DNA of 64,000 nucleotides from Phoronis australis (GCA_002633005.1 NMRA01000005.1:599913-663912); one strand, 5' to 3'. Counted from the first letter of the stretch, positions 1 through 16,400 are shown. Numbers and translations are program-made. Notes: generated by a model from the letters alone, not told the origin.

Positions 1-1453
1 TGACAGTCGGCAAGCACTGCAAACGTACATGTACGGCGACATCGGCACTGCAGTCGGTACCCGCGGAGTACGAATATATTGGGTTTAGTTTCAAATCCAG
101 ACGTCTGTATCGCGACTCTCACGCCAATTATTTGCCACAGTATAAATGCACTATACTGATCGACACCGAATACGCGTTGTTGTGGGCTCACACTTTTTTC
201 TACGAGGAATTCAATTTCAGAAGCTAAGCAGTTGAAATATCATTTCCTTGTACGCTTTTGCGATTCATTTCAACCAGATTGTTTCATTTAAAAGCCTCGT
301 TTCCGAGGATGCGTGATGCACGTGCAATGCTTTTTCATTGAAGCAAAATTCATTTGACGCTTTTTTCAAAGCTGGCGAAACAGGCTTGTGTTGCAATTTT
401 TAAGTGGTAAAACCGTTTTAAACAGTTCTGAGGTGTTTGGAATAAAAATTATGAAATATTTAGGAGTTTTGACAATGTTTTGGTAGTGTTCCACAAGGCA
501 TGTCTATTTTTAATCGACGGATGTCATTTTCATGGTGTTTGGGTATCTTGGGCCAAATTAGCAGTAGAAAACTGAGAACTTGCAGATAGCATATTGTATT
601 TACAGTTTATACATTATCAGTCATCATCATGGAAACAAAACGAAACGCAAAAAACACAGCTTATAAGAGCAACTGAAAACATTCAGACGACCGGCCGGGA
701 TGGTAGCAGCTGTGAATACACAAATAATCAAAACTACCCTCAAAAGTTGACAGCTCAATAGAGCTCAGGTTAACATTCATTGTTTTGCTGACTGAAAACA
801 TAAGAAAACTCAGAATACAGCCTCATACGTCGCTTATCTCGCGACCTGGACTGGGAATCAAGACTTCCTATGCGGGCCGATAGAGGTCAACAAGAGGCAG
901 TGAGCCTAATGAGAGCAAACTCCTTCAGTTCACACTCATTAACTCGGAACTTGGAATCTTTTAATCTCAAGATCACGTATGCGTGAACTTGGAATACACG
1001 AGGAAATGTGACAAGTTCACGCAACTTATCGCATTCACGTTGCTAAGAACTTGCACTGCACTAAATCAAATTACATGTTAATTAATTGGACAGTAACGTA
1101 ACAAATCTTTTTTCAACTGGCTATTGGCGATCTTATTCCACTCCAAACAATAGTAGACAAGTTTGACCATTGACCATTCATATATTATTCCGATTCTTGA
1201 CACAAGTTACGGTAAAAGAGAAAATGAGTGATCACGAGGCCAATAATTACAACAATTCTTTATAACTGAAAATTTTCAGTCATCTGCCGATTGCATTCAA
1301 GTTACATGTACGTATGTCAACACCAGCGTGTATTACGGTTGCCAGCCCACTAGAGCGACATCTTTCGTGAAAAGGCAGGATTTCATGCACAGCAGTTGAG
1401 TTACTCAACACGGAAGTTGGGTTTCCAGATGCATTCCAGGTAACCACGAGAGT

Positions 1454-4400
1454 ATGGTGCGGGTGTTGGTATTCCTCGGATTTTTGAGCACCATTCAGTG
1501 CGACCTGTATTTACACAACCCCAGGTATGTTTATTATTTTCAACCCATTATAAAATCGTAGCCAATTTGAGATCTTTGAGTTTGAGCCTTGACTTTGAGT
1601 TTGAGACATTTTGACAGTGTTGATCCCGAAACTCGAGAAGCATGAATCGTGTTTTCTTCTCAGTTCGTATTCGTTTCTGTATGCCAGGGGAGTTTATTTA
1701 GATTGTACTAGAAAATTTCATACACTTGGTTGAGCAGGAGTCGTGAATCTCGGCATAAAATCAGCAAGTTGGTCTACCAATCCTATAACTTCACCTAGAC
1801 CTAGGCTACCGTGGTGTGAGTCATTGTCCTACTACTTGACGGACTTGGCCTACTTCCGAGCGTTTCCTTTCGACGTTTCGGAGTCATTTCACGAATATTT
1901 TACGAAATATAGGAACAACTTTGAAGGAATAAATAACCTTATCTCACAATCATTGAGTGTTGTTCTTGGTTTACCTTTGTGCCAATTTTGAAAGTTGTAA
2001 AGCAACTGGTTGATATCTCATTCTCATAGACAACTCCTACAATCCTCCTAGGTAGGGTGACATTTACCATTTGGGGTTTTGTTACCCCAACGCCTAAGTG
2101 ATTCTGGCTAAGCCAGACAGACTATGACTAACCATTCCAAATTGATTCACAAATTAATACTTGTGCCTTAGTGGCGATGCTGAAGAAAACCTATCTACTA
2201 ATTTCTCTTATAGTAAAGCATCGGTTATTATTCAATTTCAAAACCAGTCATGTTGGCCGTTTGCCTTATGTTGTTTGAAATTTGTCTGCTAAACAGGCGC
2301 GTTGGTTTACGACTGCAATTATCTCATGCGATTCATGTTCAGCCAAGCCCTTGAATAGAAACTAGCTCACGTCAATCCGTGAAGGCACCATCAAGCCTTC
2401 AGTGCCTGTTGAGGAATCCACTGGGTACTCAGTGGTAAACAGTGTGTGTGTGTGTGTGCTTTCTCATCCACTTGCATGCAAGTCCTGTCTAATGCGAATG
2501 TGAATTGGATTGTGGTAGAGGCTCTACCTGGCATAGTAAGTGTAGGAGCGAGATAAACCATGAGGTTTAAGAAATGATTTGATTTTTGTAAAAAGAAAAA
2601 CTTTCTGTGGACCCTTTGGTAGTAAATGAAAGAAATTTGCAAACCGATTCCTATAAAACAGTTTGAAAGGTAATACCAAGAGTTTTTGATATAAACTGGT
2701 ATGTCAATGCAATTTAAATCAATGTTTAATGACTGGTGTGTTGTCACTCCAATTGCAGGTGCACAAACTGACAAACACAAAAATAAATGTTTTTATCATC
2801 AATATAGCACAAGTAATTTCAAGAAAAAAAAAATAGATTGGTAGCATTTAATTACTTTAATACAACCTGGTACCCGTAATTAAGTAACTGCATGGGAAAG
2901 ATTGAATAATAATTACTTACAACCTCTTAATATTGTGACTTAATTCCCGCTATATTTCATATATATGCTACCCAGGTCAGAGGTCACCTATGAACAGGAC
3001 TTTCACTTTTTCATGCTCTTACTAGCGTTTCATTTCGAGGTGAGACCCTGTGTAGCACTGACACGTGTTCTGTGCCCATTCACCTGCCTCCCCCACACCA
3101 TGTGACCTCAGTTGTCCAAAGAAATTCTGTATGTTATGTATTAAGACTGTACTTCAGTCGATGACCTAAATGTTGATTTCTCCCGAAGTCGAATAAATGC
3201 TAATTAGTACTTGACCTGCTGTCAATGACAGTGGCACTTGGATATTTGCATGACGTGTCTAACCTGTTTGAGCATGGTTTTTACTGTTCAGTGACACCCC
3301 CAGCGAGAGGTCACTGTAATGATGACCCCAGCGAGAGGTCACTGTAATGATGACACCGTACCAACTGTAGCTGTGTTGATATGATTCACACTGCATTTCC
3401 GTCTGAGCAGTTTCTGTGGTCAGATTCCTGTGCGCCTCAGTCATGTCTTCAGTTCCCTGCATAGATCTAACATGATAAGCAACTGGCTGGCACATATCAT
3501 TGACCTCTGTTAATACCATGCCTTCCCATCCCCATGGAAATATAGGTACTGTTGACATATTTGGAAAACTCATTGTCTGCTGAGTCACATTCTTTCAGTC
3601 TGGCTTCTCTGATAATTTTAAACCTCATGTTGTGGTACTACGTACTTCCACACTCAACACACTGCACTTTTGTTTGAGTCTTTCACACACTCAAAGCTTT
3701 TGTAATGTGCAGGTTTTGAAACTGACTTCATATCTGAAAATCTCTCCAAATCGCTTTAGGCTTTTCTCTGTCTTCATTGAGCCCCACAAGTGAGATCCTC
3801 TCTTGTGTCAACCTTCTGCATTTCTCACTGTTTTCATTGAACATTTATTTACCACAATGAATAAGATACAGACATTTTGTTGCTCTTGCCAACTCCATTA
3901 TCCAATGTGAATGAAATTTGTGTTGGTCCTTTCGCTTCGGGATGAAACGGTTATAGAATCAAAATTATGTTGTTCTTTTGTTTTTTTTTATTTAAATAGA
4001 CACTCCTGTCTCACTGTTCTCTCAGTCTTTGTCTGAGGTCATCTTTCATCAAAGTTGTGGGTCCAAAATAAATGACTGTGCTTTAAAGATTCGACTTATG
4101 TTTCAGGGGAAGCAATAACAGGCTAGATGAAGCAAACAGAGAACGTGCTAATGGGAACAGGTGAGGAGGTTCCAGGAAAGGGTTAAATAATTTGTTTTGA
4201 CTGTCTCAGTTATCACTGCATGCCTTCTAGGCTGTTCTCAGTTTTCATTGTGTTCATTGTTGTCAGTAAGTTATGACAGTGCCATCTGTATTGTGTCTAT
4301 TATGTCTGTTGTTTGCTTGTAAACTGTAGCCTTCATTTCAACCCTTTCATTTATCAGATTTCAAGCCCTGTGTAACATAATTCTAACCTTGTTTTCATAA

Positions 4401-7400
4401 GTATGTTCCACAAGTGTGTACATACATTCACCATCATATCTGTAAGAATTTGTCTAATGAGATTTGTGGAATTACTAGTGCTCTAATAGTATGCTACGCT
4501 GTGGCCCAGATCATGTACTAGGACTCGATGCTAAGCTGCTGTCCAGGTCATGTACTAAGAATCTGAAATGGAAAAAATCCCGAAACACCTTGTTGCCCAC
4601 AACAGGAATTTTCAATGCTTGGTGGTAAAAAATTCACTCCAGAAATTACTCCATAGAAACTACGAACTCTTATCAGTGAAAATGTGACCACTGCAGAACA
4701 AAAAAGATAACAGAAATAAATTTCATATGTCAGGAAAACATGACTGCTCAGGAGCACGTGGCCACGAAATTGATCCTGTCATTCACTTGAAGCAAGATGG
4801 CTGAGCCAGATGGTGAACATTTGATTGGCAATCTGATGGTGTCTACATTGTGAATTTTTTAAATGTGGATCAGACGTCTGACTTGCTTCTTAAAGGAGCA
4901 TGCCACCCAAAAAACAACCTAATTTGTATCAATTTAGATCGAGTAGTTCTACTCCATAACGACACGTACGGTTGCGTTAGCTGACACCTGACGGCAGACG
5001 GAGGTGTTGAAATTATCCAGTGACGTCATCGGTTTCACACGCAGTCTGTTCAGCAGTTCACAACACGGGTTACTGGTGTCAGCTTATCGCTTGAAGTCAT
5101 CGTTTAACACCAATAAATCATCAAACTTCGATGTAAAACCCTTAAAAATACACCGAGTTCCTATAAAAACGTGTTGTTTTATTTCGCTCTTACGGATTTA
5201 TTGGTATTTGGACACATCGTAGCCTACAAAGTTCGGCAGGCCAAGAAGGTCCGTAGCAGGAGTTTGGGGTCTGTTCGGAGATAATTTCGAAGTATTTTCC
5301 CTGAGATACAGACAGGAGAACCTAGATCTGTGTTGTTTAGAATTGTGATTTTTTTAGTTCTAAACACAAAACGCTCGTTATCCTGGCCAGTAGCTCGGAG
5401 CCTGATCAGGCCCGTCGCGACCGGCCGGATTGACTCGTTATCCCGGCCAGTGGCTCGGAAACTGATCAGACATCACAAACATAAACCAGCCGAAGTTCAG
5501 TGGATACTAAACTTCCAGTCAAGAAAATACTATACTATAGTGAGCCAAAGTAATGTGCACGCGATTATGTTGGTGAATTAGCCACGAAACTTCAAATCTA
5601 CTTACTCATCGGGGGCCGCGTGAATTCAGGTTCTGCTTTGGCCACAGCACCGTCAGGGCAGAAGTTGTACATTGACAATCATTATTTGAGTAATGTAAAT
5701 GTAAATAAAGATTCCCCTAACACCTGGCCATGGGATGGAAATCAAGTTGTTTCACAACAGTTTCTGCCAGCAAACACTAAATTAGCATGAGCTCACACGG
5801 CCTCGGTGTCCCGTCAATTAGTTTTATTGCATCTAAAGCCGGTAACGCAGTGATTTATTCATTGCTGGCTTCTCAAATCATTTGCACTCACGAACACTCC
5901 AAAGGCATTACAAACTGCATCTAATGAGACAGACTTTGTTTCAGTTTTATATAAGTATTTGTTAGGGTGAGAATAATTCATTTTGAAACAGAACACTCAG
6001 TAATAAACACCAACACGTCAACTCGCAATCCTGACTTAGGACGAGCTAGAGCTCATCAGTCCCGAGTTCGCAGGTGGATCGTTAAGTTTTACAGGCTATC
6101 AATTCGAACAGGAATACAGTGATTAAGAAATACTAGAGAGGCGCCATGAACAAGCTCAGACAACGGAACGTATGGAGTTATTTGGTAAGCCGGTATTCGT
6201 CAGGCACTGTCGACGTCTGCAGGCTACAGACACGGAGATGTTTCACGGCCTCATACTTGCTATTTACAGCGTACATTTCATTCTTCACTACCATGAGCCA
6301 CTTCCTAAGCATTTCGTACTCTCGAGAAAGTAAAAAAAACAATATACCCACTTTCCTAGCAGCTGCTTAGTTCGGACAAGCGGGAACGATGCACCGCAAC
6401 ATAGCGGCATTCACTCTGCATATGAACCACTGACGTCGCTAGCGTCGTTTCTCACCTTCCTCCCAGGTTAACGCGACACCTCTTGGCAAGGTGAGGTCGA
6501 CCGTGTGCGAGGCGATGTGGATATAGACCGATTAAGACGGCAAAAAAGACTAATTAAATCGGGTGGCATTCTCCTTTAATCAGATAGCATATGAACACTG
6601 TAGTAGACAGTCAAGTGCTACAGGTTCAAATTTTATAAACATATTGCTTCATTCATTACAGAATGTTCGACTCTCAGAACAACAACAGAGGGGGCTACAA
6701 TGTGGGAAGTCTCTACTATTACTCAGGTTCTGTGTTGCCCATTGAATGGTGAGTATTGAAGACTACTGGAATGAGCGAGGGTGATAGACAGTCATGACAC
6801 TGTGCATGTGGAACAAACTAGAGTGAAAGGGTGATAGACAGTTATGACACTGCGCATGTTTTAGTAATGAACAAACTATTATGACAGGGTGATAGACACT
6901 AGACAGTAATGCAATGAACAAAGTAGACAGTCAGGGTGATAGACATTTATAACGTTCTGTGTGTCGTAATAATGAACAAACTAAAGTGTCAGGGTCATAG
7001 ACAGTCATGACACTACAATAATTATTATTGTCTAAGTAACGAACAAATTAGTGCTCCAGGGTGACAGAACAGCTCAGGAGGCACTGAGACATCATGCTTG
7101 TGGATAATCTATAGTTATTGATACTTGTCAAATGAGGATTTGAGAGCTGTTATGAAGACTGGACTTGTCATCTAATTCCAGCTGAATAGTGTGATGAATC
7201 TGAAATTTGCAGCTACTTTGCTTTTTTATTAGTTAGTAAGTCGGGAAAATGAGCATGAAAAGGGAAATCGGTTTGCGGTTTGTAAATGGCACAAAAAGAA
7301 GTGAATCATGATTCGGATGAACTCAGTTGTTCGAGCGCTTAGGTAATAATTACTTCTGTTGTACCGCACGGCCACTTGAAGTGATGGCAAGTTTATTTAG

Positions 7401-10400
7401 GGCATGTTGCACTACCTCAAAGAGGTGGAGTCGTGTCCGTGACAAGATGCTTTACACCGTAGTTCACTTTAATTTGTGTCACCATGGTCACACGAACCTA
7501 GCACAAGTTTGCTCTTGTGGGACAACCGTGCTAGTTCAAGTGACTGCATGGTCACATAAACCTAGCACAAGTTGGTTCTTGTAGGACATTACTGTTCTAG
7601 CTAGTTCAAGTGATCGCCTTTTCATATGCACTGCACATCAAGTGGGACTGATTAAACAAAATTGAATTTATTTTAATTATGTTTACATTAGCCAAGTAGG
7701 ATTGATTTGTAAGTAATTCAGATCTTCCCTTTGCACTGTAGACTAGCTTAGTATCTGGGTGTCTTAATTAATGTTCATTTCAGGCAGTGTAGACTAGCTC
7801 ACTATCCGCATGATTTTGTTCAATTCAGACACTGCAGACAGATTATCTGGATGACTATTCATTTTGGGAGACCAAAATTATGCTCTACCTATTTCATTAA
7901 CTGACCTTTGCAATAAACTGATTTGGGTCCAGCCGAGGTGGAAGCCAAGGGTCAGCTGTTAGTGAATACCACAGTGGGTGTCAGTTTGTGAGAACAATAA
8001 ACAACACCATTTACAAGGGCTGTGTTTCAGCATACTTCAATATTTAAGGTACTTATATTTATTGCATGTAGATTGATCTTAGCTCACAATAAATGGAGGC
8101 GTGAATTGGAACATGCCTTGCCTGTATCGGATGCTCATTCATAAAGGAATGATAATAATAATATTCTTTGCAAGCAAATGGCGAAATAGGAAACAAACCA
8201 ACAAAATGTATTATGCTTAAGTTTGTTAATTTTTTTCGATAAAAACTTCAGTATACTGCTAGTACTATATGCTTTGGAGATGTTTACTTCTCAATAAGTG
8301 AAGGTTATCAGACTGAGACACAATAGGAAAACGTGTAATCCAGTTCATGCCAACAAGATCTGTAACTCCTTATCTCTGACTTGCACATTCAGAGGCAAGT
8401 AATCCTGTGATAATATCTGACAAATTAAATGAGAAAATTAGTAAATCATGACTTCTGGGCTTATTAAGAAATAAGTTTCACCGTGTTGCATGTGCGGAAG
8501 CTGCCTGGCTCCTTCTAGTGTGGAGTGACTGGTTCCTCAGTAAATGTGGGTGTGGTACACAGTTTGGCCAATTACCAAACCACAAAACATCAGTTGGATT
8601 TTGGGCCAAGTGTTATCAAACAATTCTAGGCATGGCACTGAGGTGAACCCTGACTACTACATGGGTCAGTCTTGCTAATAATAGTAGCATCAATTTATCC
8701 TTGCATGTGGGCAGTGGCCGTCTGACGTATAGGAAAATCATGTAACTATGAAAATTATTAAGACAGTGGTTCAGCAAGTATTTATTGAACGTGCTGTTAT
8801 CATGATGTATGATATATGCACAACATTTGTCAACATTTACATTACACTCCCAAACATGTGGGGTTGTTTGATTAACTGCTTCACATGATGAAAGTCTATT
8901 GTTGTGCTGCTATAGGGCTAGATTTAGAGTCCGATTACAAAGTTTACTTAAATACCATCTTGCTACAGTATGCGTGCAAGCTTATTTACTTTTTTATCTG
9001 AAGCTTACAAGTTTATTAAAGATCATGATCTCATGCGGTAGACTTTTACTTTAATCAAAAGCAGCAGTCATTTGTCATATTTTTATCTGAAAGTCTTCGG
9101 CTGCCTTGCTCAAAAGCAAATTGGTGGGTGGATGTATACTATTGAGTAGATTTCCCATTAGGGGAACTTCGGTTTACGGAAGCTTCGCCAAAATTTCGCT
9201 TGCCTTTCTCATTGGACAGCGATATCGAAGTTATCACTATGACACGGGACGATGTACTTCATTCGTACTCTCAAACGAATATTGAGTAGTGGGTTCAAGC
9301 CAAACTGAAAATTGTTCTCCTGCCATTTACGAGTGTTTAAGAAAATGATCAGTGACATTCTTCATCAGATGCACTTTCTTTTATTTACGTGTGTCTATTG
9401 AGAGCTTGTCGACTACGTATGCTACAGTAACAAAAAAGAACATGTTGTGCGATTATCGTGTGATCGTATATCGTTGCTACGACTGCTACTGATAACTTCA
9501 ACGAAGCTTCACTTTGACTGTTCCCACTGCACTGAAGTTTTGGTGAGCACCGAAGCTTCGCTTTTAAATCCTACTATTTTAAGCAAAGTTTCATTTGCAG
9601 ATTAACTACCTTTCCCACTTTCCGAAACTTCGGTAACAGCAAAGTTTCGCCTCTAATAGGAAAGCGACTTTGGAGATAAGGCTCAATCACTACATTTCAT
9701 TCCTGAACTTCAACTTTGTGGCTAATGTGCTGCATGTTGTTCAAGTTTGTATAATGACAATTTATTTCATCTTAATCGTATCTCTGTGTCGTTATGTAGG
9801 ACCTTTTTGGCAAAAAATAAATGAAAATAATTTATTAGAGTGGTAAAATTCTAAATACTGAATGGCTTAGTCACCCTTCTAACTTCCCTGGTAATTCCCC
9901 TTCATTCTCAATGGTGAGAGAGAAGACTGCTAGGACGACAAATTTTACCTCTTCCCCCAAGCCAACATGTTGGGGAATTCTGCGTCGTATTTTTTGTGCT
10001 TTTAGCTTGTACTGGGTTACGGCTGCAGGTAGTTGATTGAATACTCACGATCTTGATTAATTTTGTTTATTTGATGATATACAGTTGCATTATATACAAG
10101 TAACAAAGTGGAGATAAACAAGTTTAAAATCGGTTTGGTTTCAAATCCATTTCAATTGGTAAGCATGATTGTATAAACGCAAGTGCTTGTCCCTACCGCC
10201 CCCCCCCTCCCCCNNNNNNNNNNNNNNNNNNNNNNNNNNNNNNNNNNNNNNNNNNNNNNNNNNNNNNNNNNNNNNNNNNNNNNNNNNNNNNNNNNNNNNN
10301 NNNNNNNNNNNNNNNNNNNNNNNNNNNNNNNNNNNNNNNNNCCCCCATTCCGCCACTGTTGTTAGCCGTCTCCGTATTTGATAGTGGGAATTTTCGGGGC

Positions 10401-13400
10401 TTAACAGAAAATTCGAGACATGCTTCTTTGGTTGTTACAACAAAGATGTAGAATTTGCGAGGTTCATGATGCAGAAATGTTATTATTGTTGTTGTTATTA
10501 TTATCATTATTGTTATTGTTGTCGCTGTTGTTATTTGTTGGTATTGTTATAGTTATTTTTATTATTATATAATAGTTATTTTTATTATCAAAAGTCTTCA
10601 CTGTGAGTTGAATATTAAAAGTGGGTGAGAAACTAATAAAAAGTGAACATTTTGGAAGTTCCAGTTACGGTGTTTAGCTGAATGGTGGTTGAGAACTACA
10701 TTCTACAGGCAGTATATAATGGATATAGTTAATATGTAATGGATGTACTATTGGTGTGCTCTTTGCAGGACTAACCAACATTCGTGCGGGGACGGCAACA
10801 GTCATTGCGAGTTAATCCTACAGTATATGTGTTCAGATTCATTACGAGATGGAGTCACTACTACGTAAGTACATGTGTACTTTAGTATGATGAAGCCATA
10901 ACCAGCTAAGATAGTTACAGGTTTACAGTAGAAGCAATTGCTCCAGTCCTGCTGCGTTGAGTCAAAATTTTCATGCCTGTCTGCTAGGTTTTAAAAAAAT
11001 TTAGTTCTTTGGCTGAAGGCTGGTTTGTAGCAGGTTTTATGTAGCAAGCTCGCATGCTGTCTGGCCATATTGTTTAATGTAGAAAGCCTGTATACAATCT
11101 GTGTCATGTTTTTTGTTTCAGTACAATCCCAGAGAACCCCATGCAGTGCAAGAACTATGACTGCAACACAGACACCACCTATGGGATGAATGAGAACTTT
11201 GACTATTATGTCAACTGCAAGTTGAGAGACCGTAACAAGGGATTGTTCACAGCTGACCAGGTTTGAAGATGCACTGTGATTAGAATAATGTTGTTGTTAC
11301 ATTGGTTCCGCCGCACTGTAAGCTAAAATTGTGTGTTTCTCTCAAACATGTCGAGAGCACCATTTTAACTTCCACTTTGGCAACTAGCCTTAGAGTATTG
11401 CCAATCTTTTGAAATTCGGGTTTGTGAACTTAAATTTCAAATGTCATGGCTGGCCAGGTTGACTCTCTGACTCGACGGCTAATCGCCCATTTCGGGTAAG
11501 TGCTCACCTCCAATATCTTGAAATTTCACATTTAAGCGCCATGGGTTTGCTAATTTAGCCATCCTGGGCTTTAACAACCGTTTATGGTAAAATGCCTGCT
11601 AATCTATTGATATCTAGTAGTGTTGTGTCCCCTACTGACAATTAAGAATGTTTAGATGTCCACCTGAAGAACTATTAAAGAGCTGCATTTTTGGTGTTTG
11701 AGGAATTCTGTATGGGTCAAGTTTTCAGCAGTGTTGTAGTGGGCGTAGGCGCACTTAGGCGCAGCCAATCACCTTTTGGCATTTCAGCGTAGTGCCTATG
11801 CACCGTAAGTTACGTTCAGTGCTCAAGGTGATACGGTGGGCTTTAGGTGCCTACTTACCTCTACTTTTACCACTGCAGCACTGGTTTTCAGTGAGGTATT
11901 GAAATGAGTCGTTTTTGTGTCAGCTATTGAAATGGGTAACTTTTTTGAGCCAGGTATTTAAACGGGTGTACATTTCAAGAGCTTTGACATTGATGTGGCT
12001 CACCCACAGTGGGTGGTTTGTTCATGATTCGTAGGCGTTTAGATTGATCTACTCATGGAGGCAGACCTGTACTTGTATTTGTGAAGTAACCCCAAAGCAC
12101 ATGGTGGACACACATCGAAGCTCTGCCTTGTTGTTGTCCATAGGTCTCAATAGACAGTTCACCCTACATTACTATCCCTGCACCTTATTGGACAATTAAA
12201 GGAACATTACGATTCACCTGAAATAACAATTTACTCATTCAGAACCTGAAGAACAAGCGGCGGTCAGCCAAACACACTCGACAGAACCCTGGAGGCACCA
12301 GACGGGGTTATGAGTGTCCTGAGGAGAGAGACTACTACCCCTACTGGCACCCCACACCTTGGAAGGTAAGTGATTGACACCTGGACTGCACAGTCATGAT
12401 GGACAACAGTTTTACATTACTTTTTATCTGACACACTTGGTGGTGTTGTTGGTGAACTTTTGAAAGATCATCAATTTAAATGTGGCATGATTAAATGCTC
12501 AGGACTGAAAATTGTTTTTATGTGCTCACAGTATATGTGACGTGCATATTGTCGTCATTTCTGTCTGCGCATCTGAGCGCTGTCATTCTCATAAACTCCT
12601 TGCAGGGCATCATTGAGATTTGGCAGCAGAAACTGACTCTGGATAACAACAAGTTTCAGACCATTTCATATTGTCTGCGTCTTCAGAGTTCCTTTCATGA
12701 AAGCTGACAGGTTTTTATTGAGGAGTCAGCTTCGGATTTGGCCTATTCTGCGCCACCTGGTCACCATTTTTTATTATTTTCATTTTTTGGCATTTGCATC
12801 TTTATCCACCAAACTGTTTGAAAGATCTGTATGAAAATTGGTAGAATTTGTATGTATCTTCCTATACGGTTTTCATGAAATTTAATTGGTAAATAAGCTT
12901 TTTACTGTGGAGATAAGAGCGTCTTTCCATTTTGGGATGGATTAAGCTGATTCTGCATGGCCATTCTTTTATAATTATTAGTTTCAAGTTTTTTGTCATC
13001 TGCCGTTTGTATCTATCAAGTCACTAAGAGGATCTTGATGCAATTTGGCAGGTGATGAGCTTAGTGACGATGATTTGGAGAGAGGAGTCTGACTACTGTA
13101 AAACACCCTACTTGCATTTGTTGTATCTGCAGAATGTGTCTCCTGAACGCTTGTTGGATGTTTGTAAAATTTGACAAGTGTATTCCTATGAAATTGACAG
13201 CAGGTGATGACTTCTTTTGGACGAATCCGACTACCGTTTTACTTCCTAGTGACATTTTGATATATTTTTCAGCACTGTACAGGTTTGCCTGAAATTTGGC
13301 AATTTAAATATAGCGTACATTTTGTCGCATCAGCACGCCATCTTTTTGGTCACATCACGTGACCTAATGATTTTAGGTTTTGTTTTTCATTGATGGAGAC

Positions 13401-16400
13401 CGAAAATTTGGCAATGCAATGTTTTGCATCCTAAGTGACTAGGTGGCTGCTCATAAAAGAACCCTGACTTAAGAATGGCTGCGGAGTTTTCTTGTGATAC
13501 AGTTGATTATGTTTGAGTGACGGTAGTGTGATACAGGTGATTATGTTTGAGTGACGGTGCTCTCAGAGATCGACATTGATGGTCTTCAATGCTCACAGTG
13601 TCTTATGTAGATTGATTGTATTCAGTCATGTGAACGCATCATACATGGAGTAAATGTATGCAGCATGTACTGCCGTGTAAACTCATCATGTTGGAGTAAC
13701 TGAGTGTATGTTAGTTACAGTCAATGTAAACTGAGTATAAGTAGAATAATACTATGTATACTGTGCCTCCATTTCAAAGGTAGAGCAACTACACGTATTA
13801 CATGCTCAGTTGTGTGTGCAGTTTGTCACTAATCTACGTTTGCTTTTTCCTTTGTTTTTAGGATATCGCAATTATGACGAATGATGCGAGGCGATGTTCG
13901 TATTATACCAAAGAGAGTGAAAATGTGAAGTCACGCTGGGCATGTGTGGTCCCTCACCAGACGATGGTGATGAACGCTAACAAGGGACTGAAGATCCCTA
14001 ATAACAAGGAGGACTGTGAGGTGAAGGGCAAGTCAGTGGGTGTAGGGGACATGTTAGACATAGACTGTAAGAGGTACACGACCAGGGGTCTCAGTGTAAA
14101 GTGATAGACTAGCTAGGGGACATAATTGAAGTAGGCTGTGAGGGATATAGGGATGCCCTGCAACAGGCATCTGGGAGTGATGTGAGGAATGACAAGAAAA
14201 ATCAGGTTACTGACAGAGGAGTAGGTGTTCAGGGGAGGTGTGAGAAAGAAACCAACTGTTTCCATTTTAAGGGAAGTTCCACTGATTCCTTTCTTGCTCC
14301 TGAAAAGTGTCATCAGATTTTTTAGTGGCGTAATTTCTGTTATTTTTGCTTTTATAAGTAATATTTTTCATTGCGTTTCAGACTTTTGTTGTATCATGTG
14401 CATACATTTCTACATTGATTGTTCTTAGTTATCCTTTGAATAATAGAAGTACATTTACCCCAGCTAATGTGAGCTATACACTTGGAAGTGTACGTGGACT
14501 GGATAGAGAATCTGTTTTTCATAAACTGTCACTGGAGCAAGTGACTGGTTTTGATGTCAGTTTGTTATTTGTTATTCTTCATCCTTGTAAATGAGGCTTT
14601 TGTCATCACTCACATTACCGTTATTACAAATATTGCAGAAGTTCCGCTGGCCTACCAATGACCCTGATGGCGTTAAGGCCGAGTGGAAGGAGTTCTCATC
14701 CCATGATTTGCCGGCGCCAGAGTGTAGAGAGACTCAGTTCTCACGTGACAACCACCTGGGTAATGGACTGGGTGGGTACCCAAACCTGTTCAACTGGACT
14801 GTCCCTGACATGGAGCATGAGCGATGTGTGCTGAGGATGAGGTGAGTGAGATGGCAGCCATCTTTAAAACGTATTAGACAAGCCTTATGTTTGCACATAG
14901 GAGACTAATAAGGAATTGTATCAGCTGATATAATTCTGAACTGTTTACTGGTATTGTCTGTGACTGAAGAGATGGCAGACTTGAGTTGTTCGAACTGCTG
15001 TCAAACTTTCTCATCTGTTGTAGGTACAATATTTCCACTGCTGAGTACGATGGCTGGGATGGCTCTGTCAACTCCAAGCTGAACGAGGTGAAGAATAACG
15101 AGGGCTCCTTGTTGGATCTGTCTAAACAATATAAATTTGCCAGTCAGCAGGCTGCAAATGACAGGGGATATGTGTTTGAGAATAACCCTGATGTCAAGAT
15201 ATTTGAGGATGCTGACTTTGAGCTGGAATTAGCCATTAACACTGCCCAGTATGGACGTACGTTCCAGGACAGGTAAGCTCCTTTATATTTGATGATCAGG
15301 TTTGATAATATTTTCTCATCGAACCCTTTTCTGAAGTGTTTCATTTCCTAGGAGTTTGGCGAGACTGTGCAAACTTACGCCACTGAATGGCGCTTGTTTC
15401 GCGACCTTCTAGAAAGAATGAGGTAAGGTAGGCAACGTCAGACGTTGTGGCACACTGCCATGATGACAGCTGTATTGACCAGGCATCTGGCCTTTGCTTC
15501 CTGAGATATGTAGGTCGGCGTAGTATGAACATTGTTACACACTGCCAATTAACAACTTTATTTGCCAGGGAATTGAACTTATTTCAATGAGTGACAAATA
15601 GTCCATCATCTCCTCAGTTTTTTTTTTGTAGTGACTTGTAGCTTGTACAGAATTAAGTTCGTACTGGTTTTCTCTATTTCTTGGATTTTAGATCTCACAC
15701 ATTTTCCATCAAGAAGAGACCAGCTGATCTTTCTGATTCGACCATCCATAACGTGAACGTCCGCGGCAAGAGAGGGAACATAGTGCAAGTGTACCCGGCT
15801 GTGGAGTATGACTTTGTTCCCAACACACTCAAGCTGATGAAGGGCGACTACGTCCACTTCCAGTGAGTACTGAATCATTTTACTCAGTAAGAGTCCAAGG
15901 ATCAAGGTGTAAATGGGTGAAATTCTGGGACGAGCCAATGAAACGTTTCATGGCCATTGCTAATGCCCTCCCCCCTCTCAAAGGATCCTGTTTGCTGGAA
16001 TGACTTCCCAACCATGTTGAACATTCTTTCCACAATACCATCTGGATGCAAGATATTCAATATTTTGCTCACGTTTGAAGCTGACTAGATTGTCACATAT
16101 TGTATTCACGTCTTCTGAATTGTTTGTCACATGTATTATTCATTCACGTCTGCTGACTGGATTCTCAAATACTGTATTCACGTCTGCTGACTGGATTGTC
16201 ACATATTGTATTCACAACTGCTGACTTCATTCTCTCATTCCAACCTCAGTCACTGTTCATATAATTAATATAATAATTACTTCGCTCTGCTCCGACAGGT
16301 GGACGGGATCCAACACCAACCCAAACAATAACGATGGTCAAGGACGAGCTGGCAGTGACCGTTCAAATATTGTCTTGCAAGGCGAACAGGTGTATGCTGA

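Noticed and set aside
4231-4265. Alternative DD3-3 exon 3 (ag|GCTGTTCTCA..., RLF-like)
   Set aside because: Similarity stops after three residues; the conserved [11 protein letters not shown] exon is at 6662.
10141-10507. ORFs spanning X runs
   Set aside because: Artefacts of the N gap.
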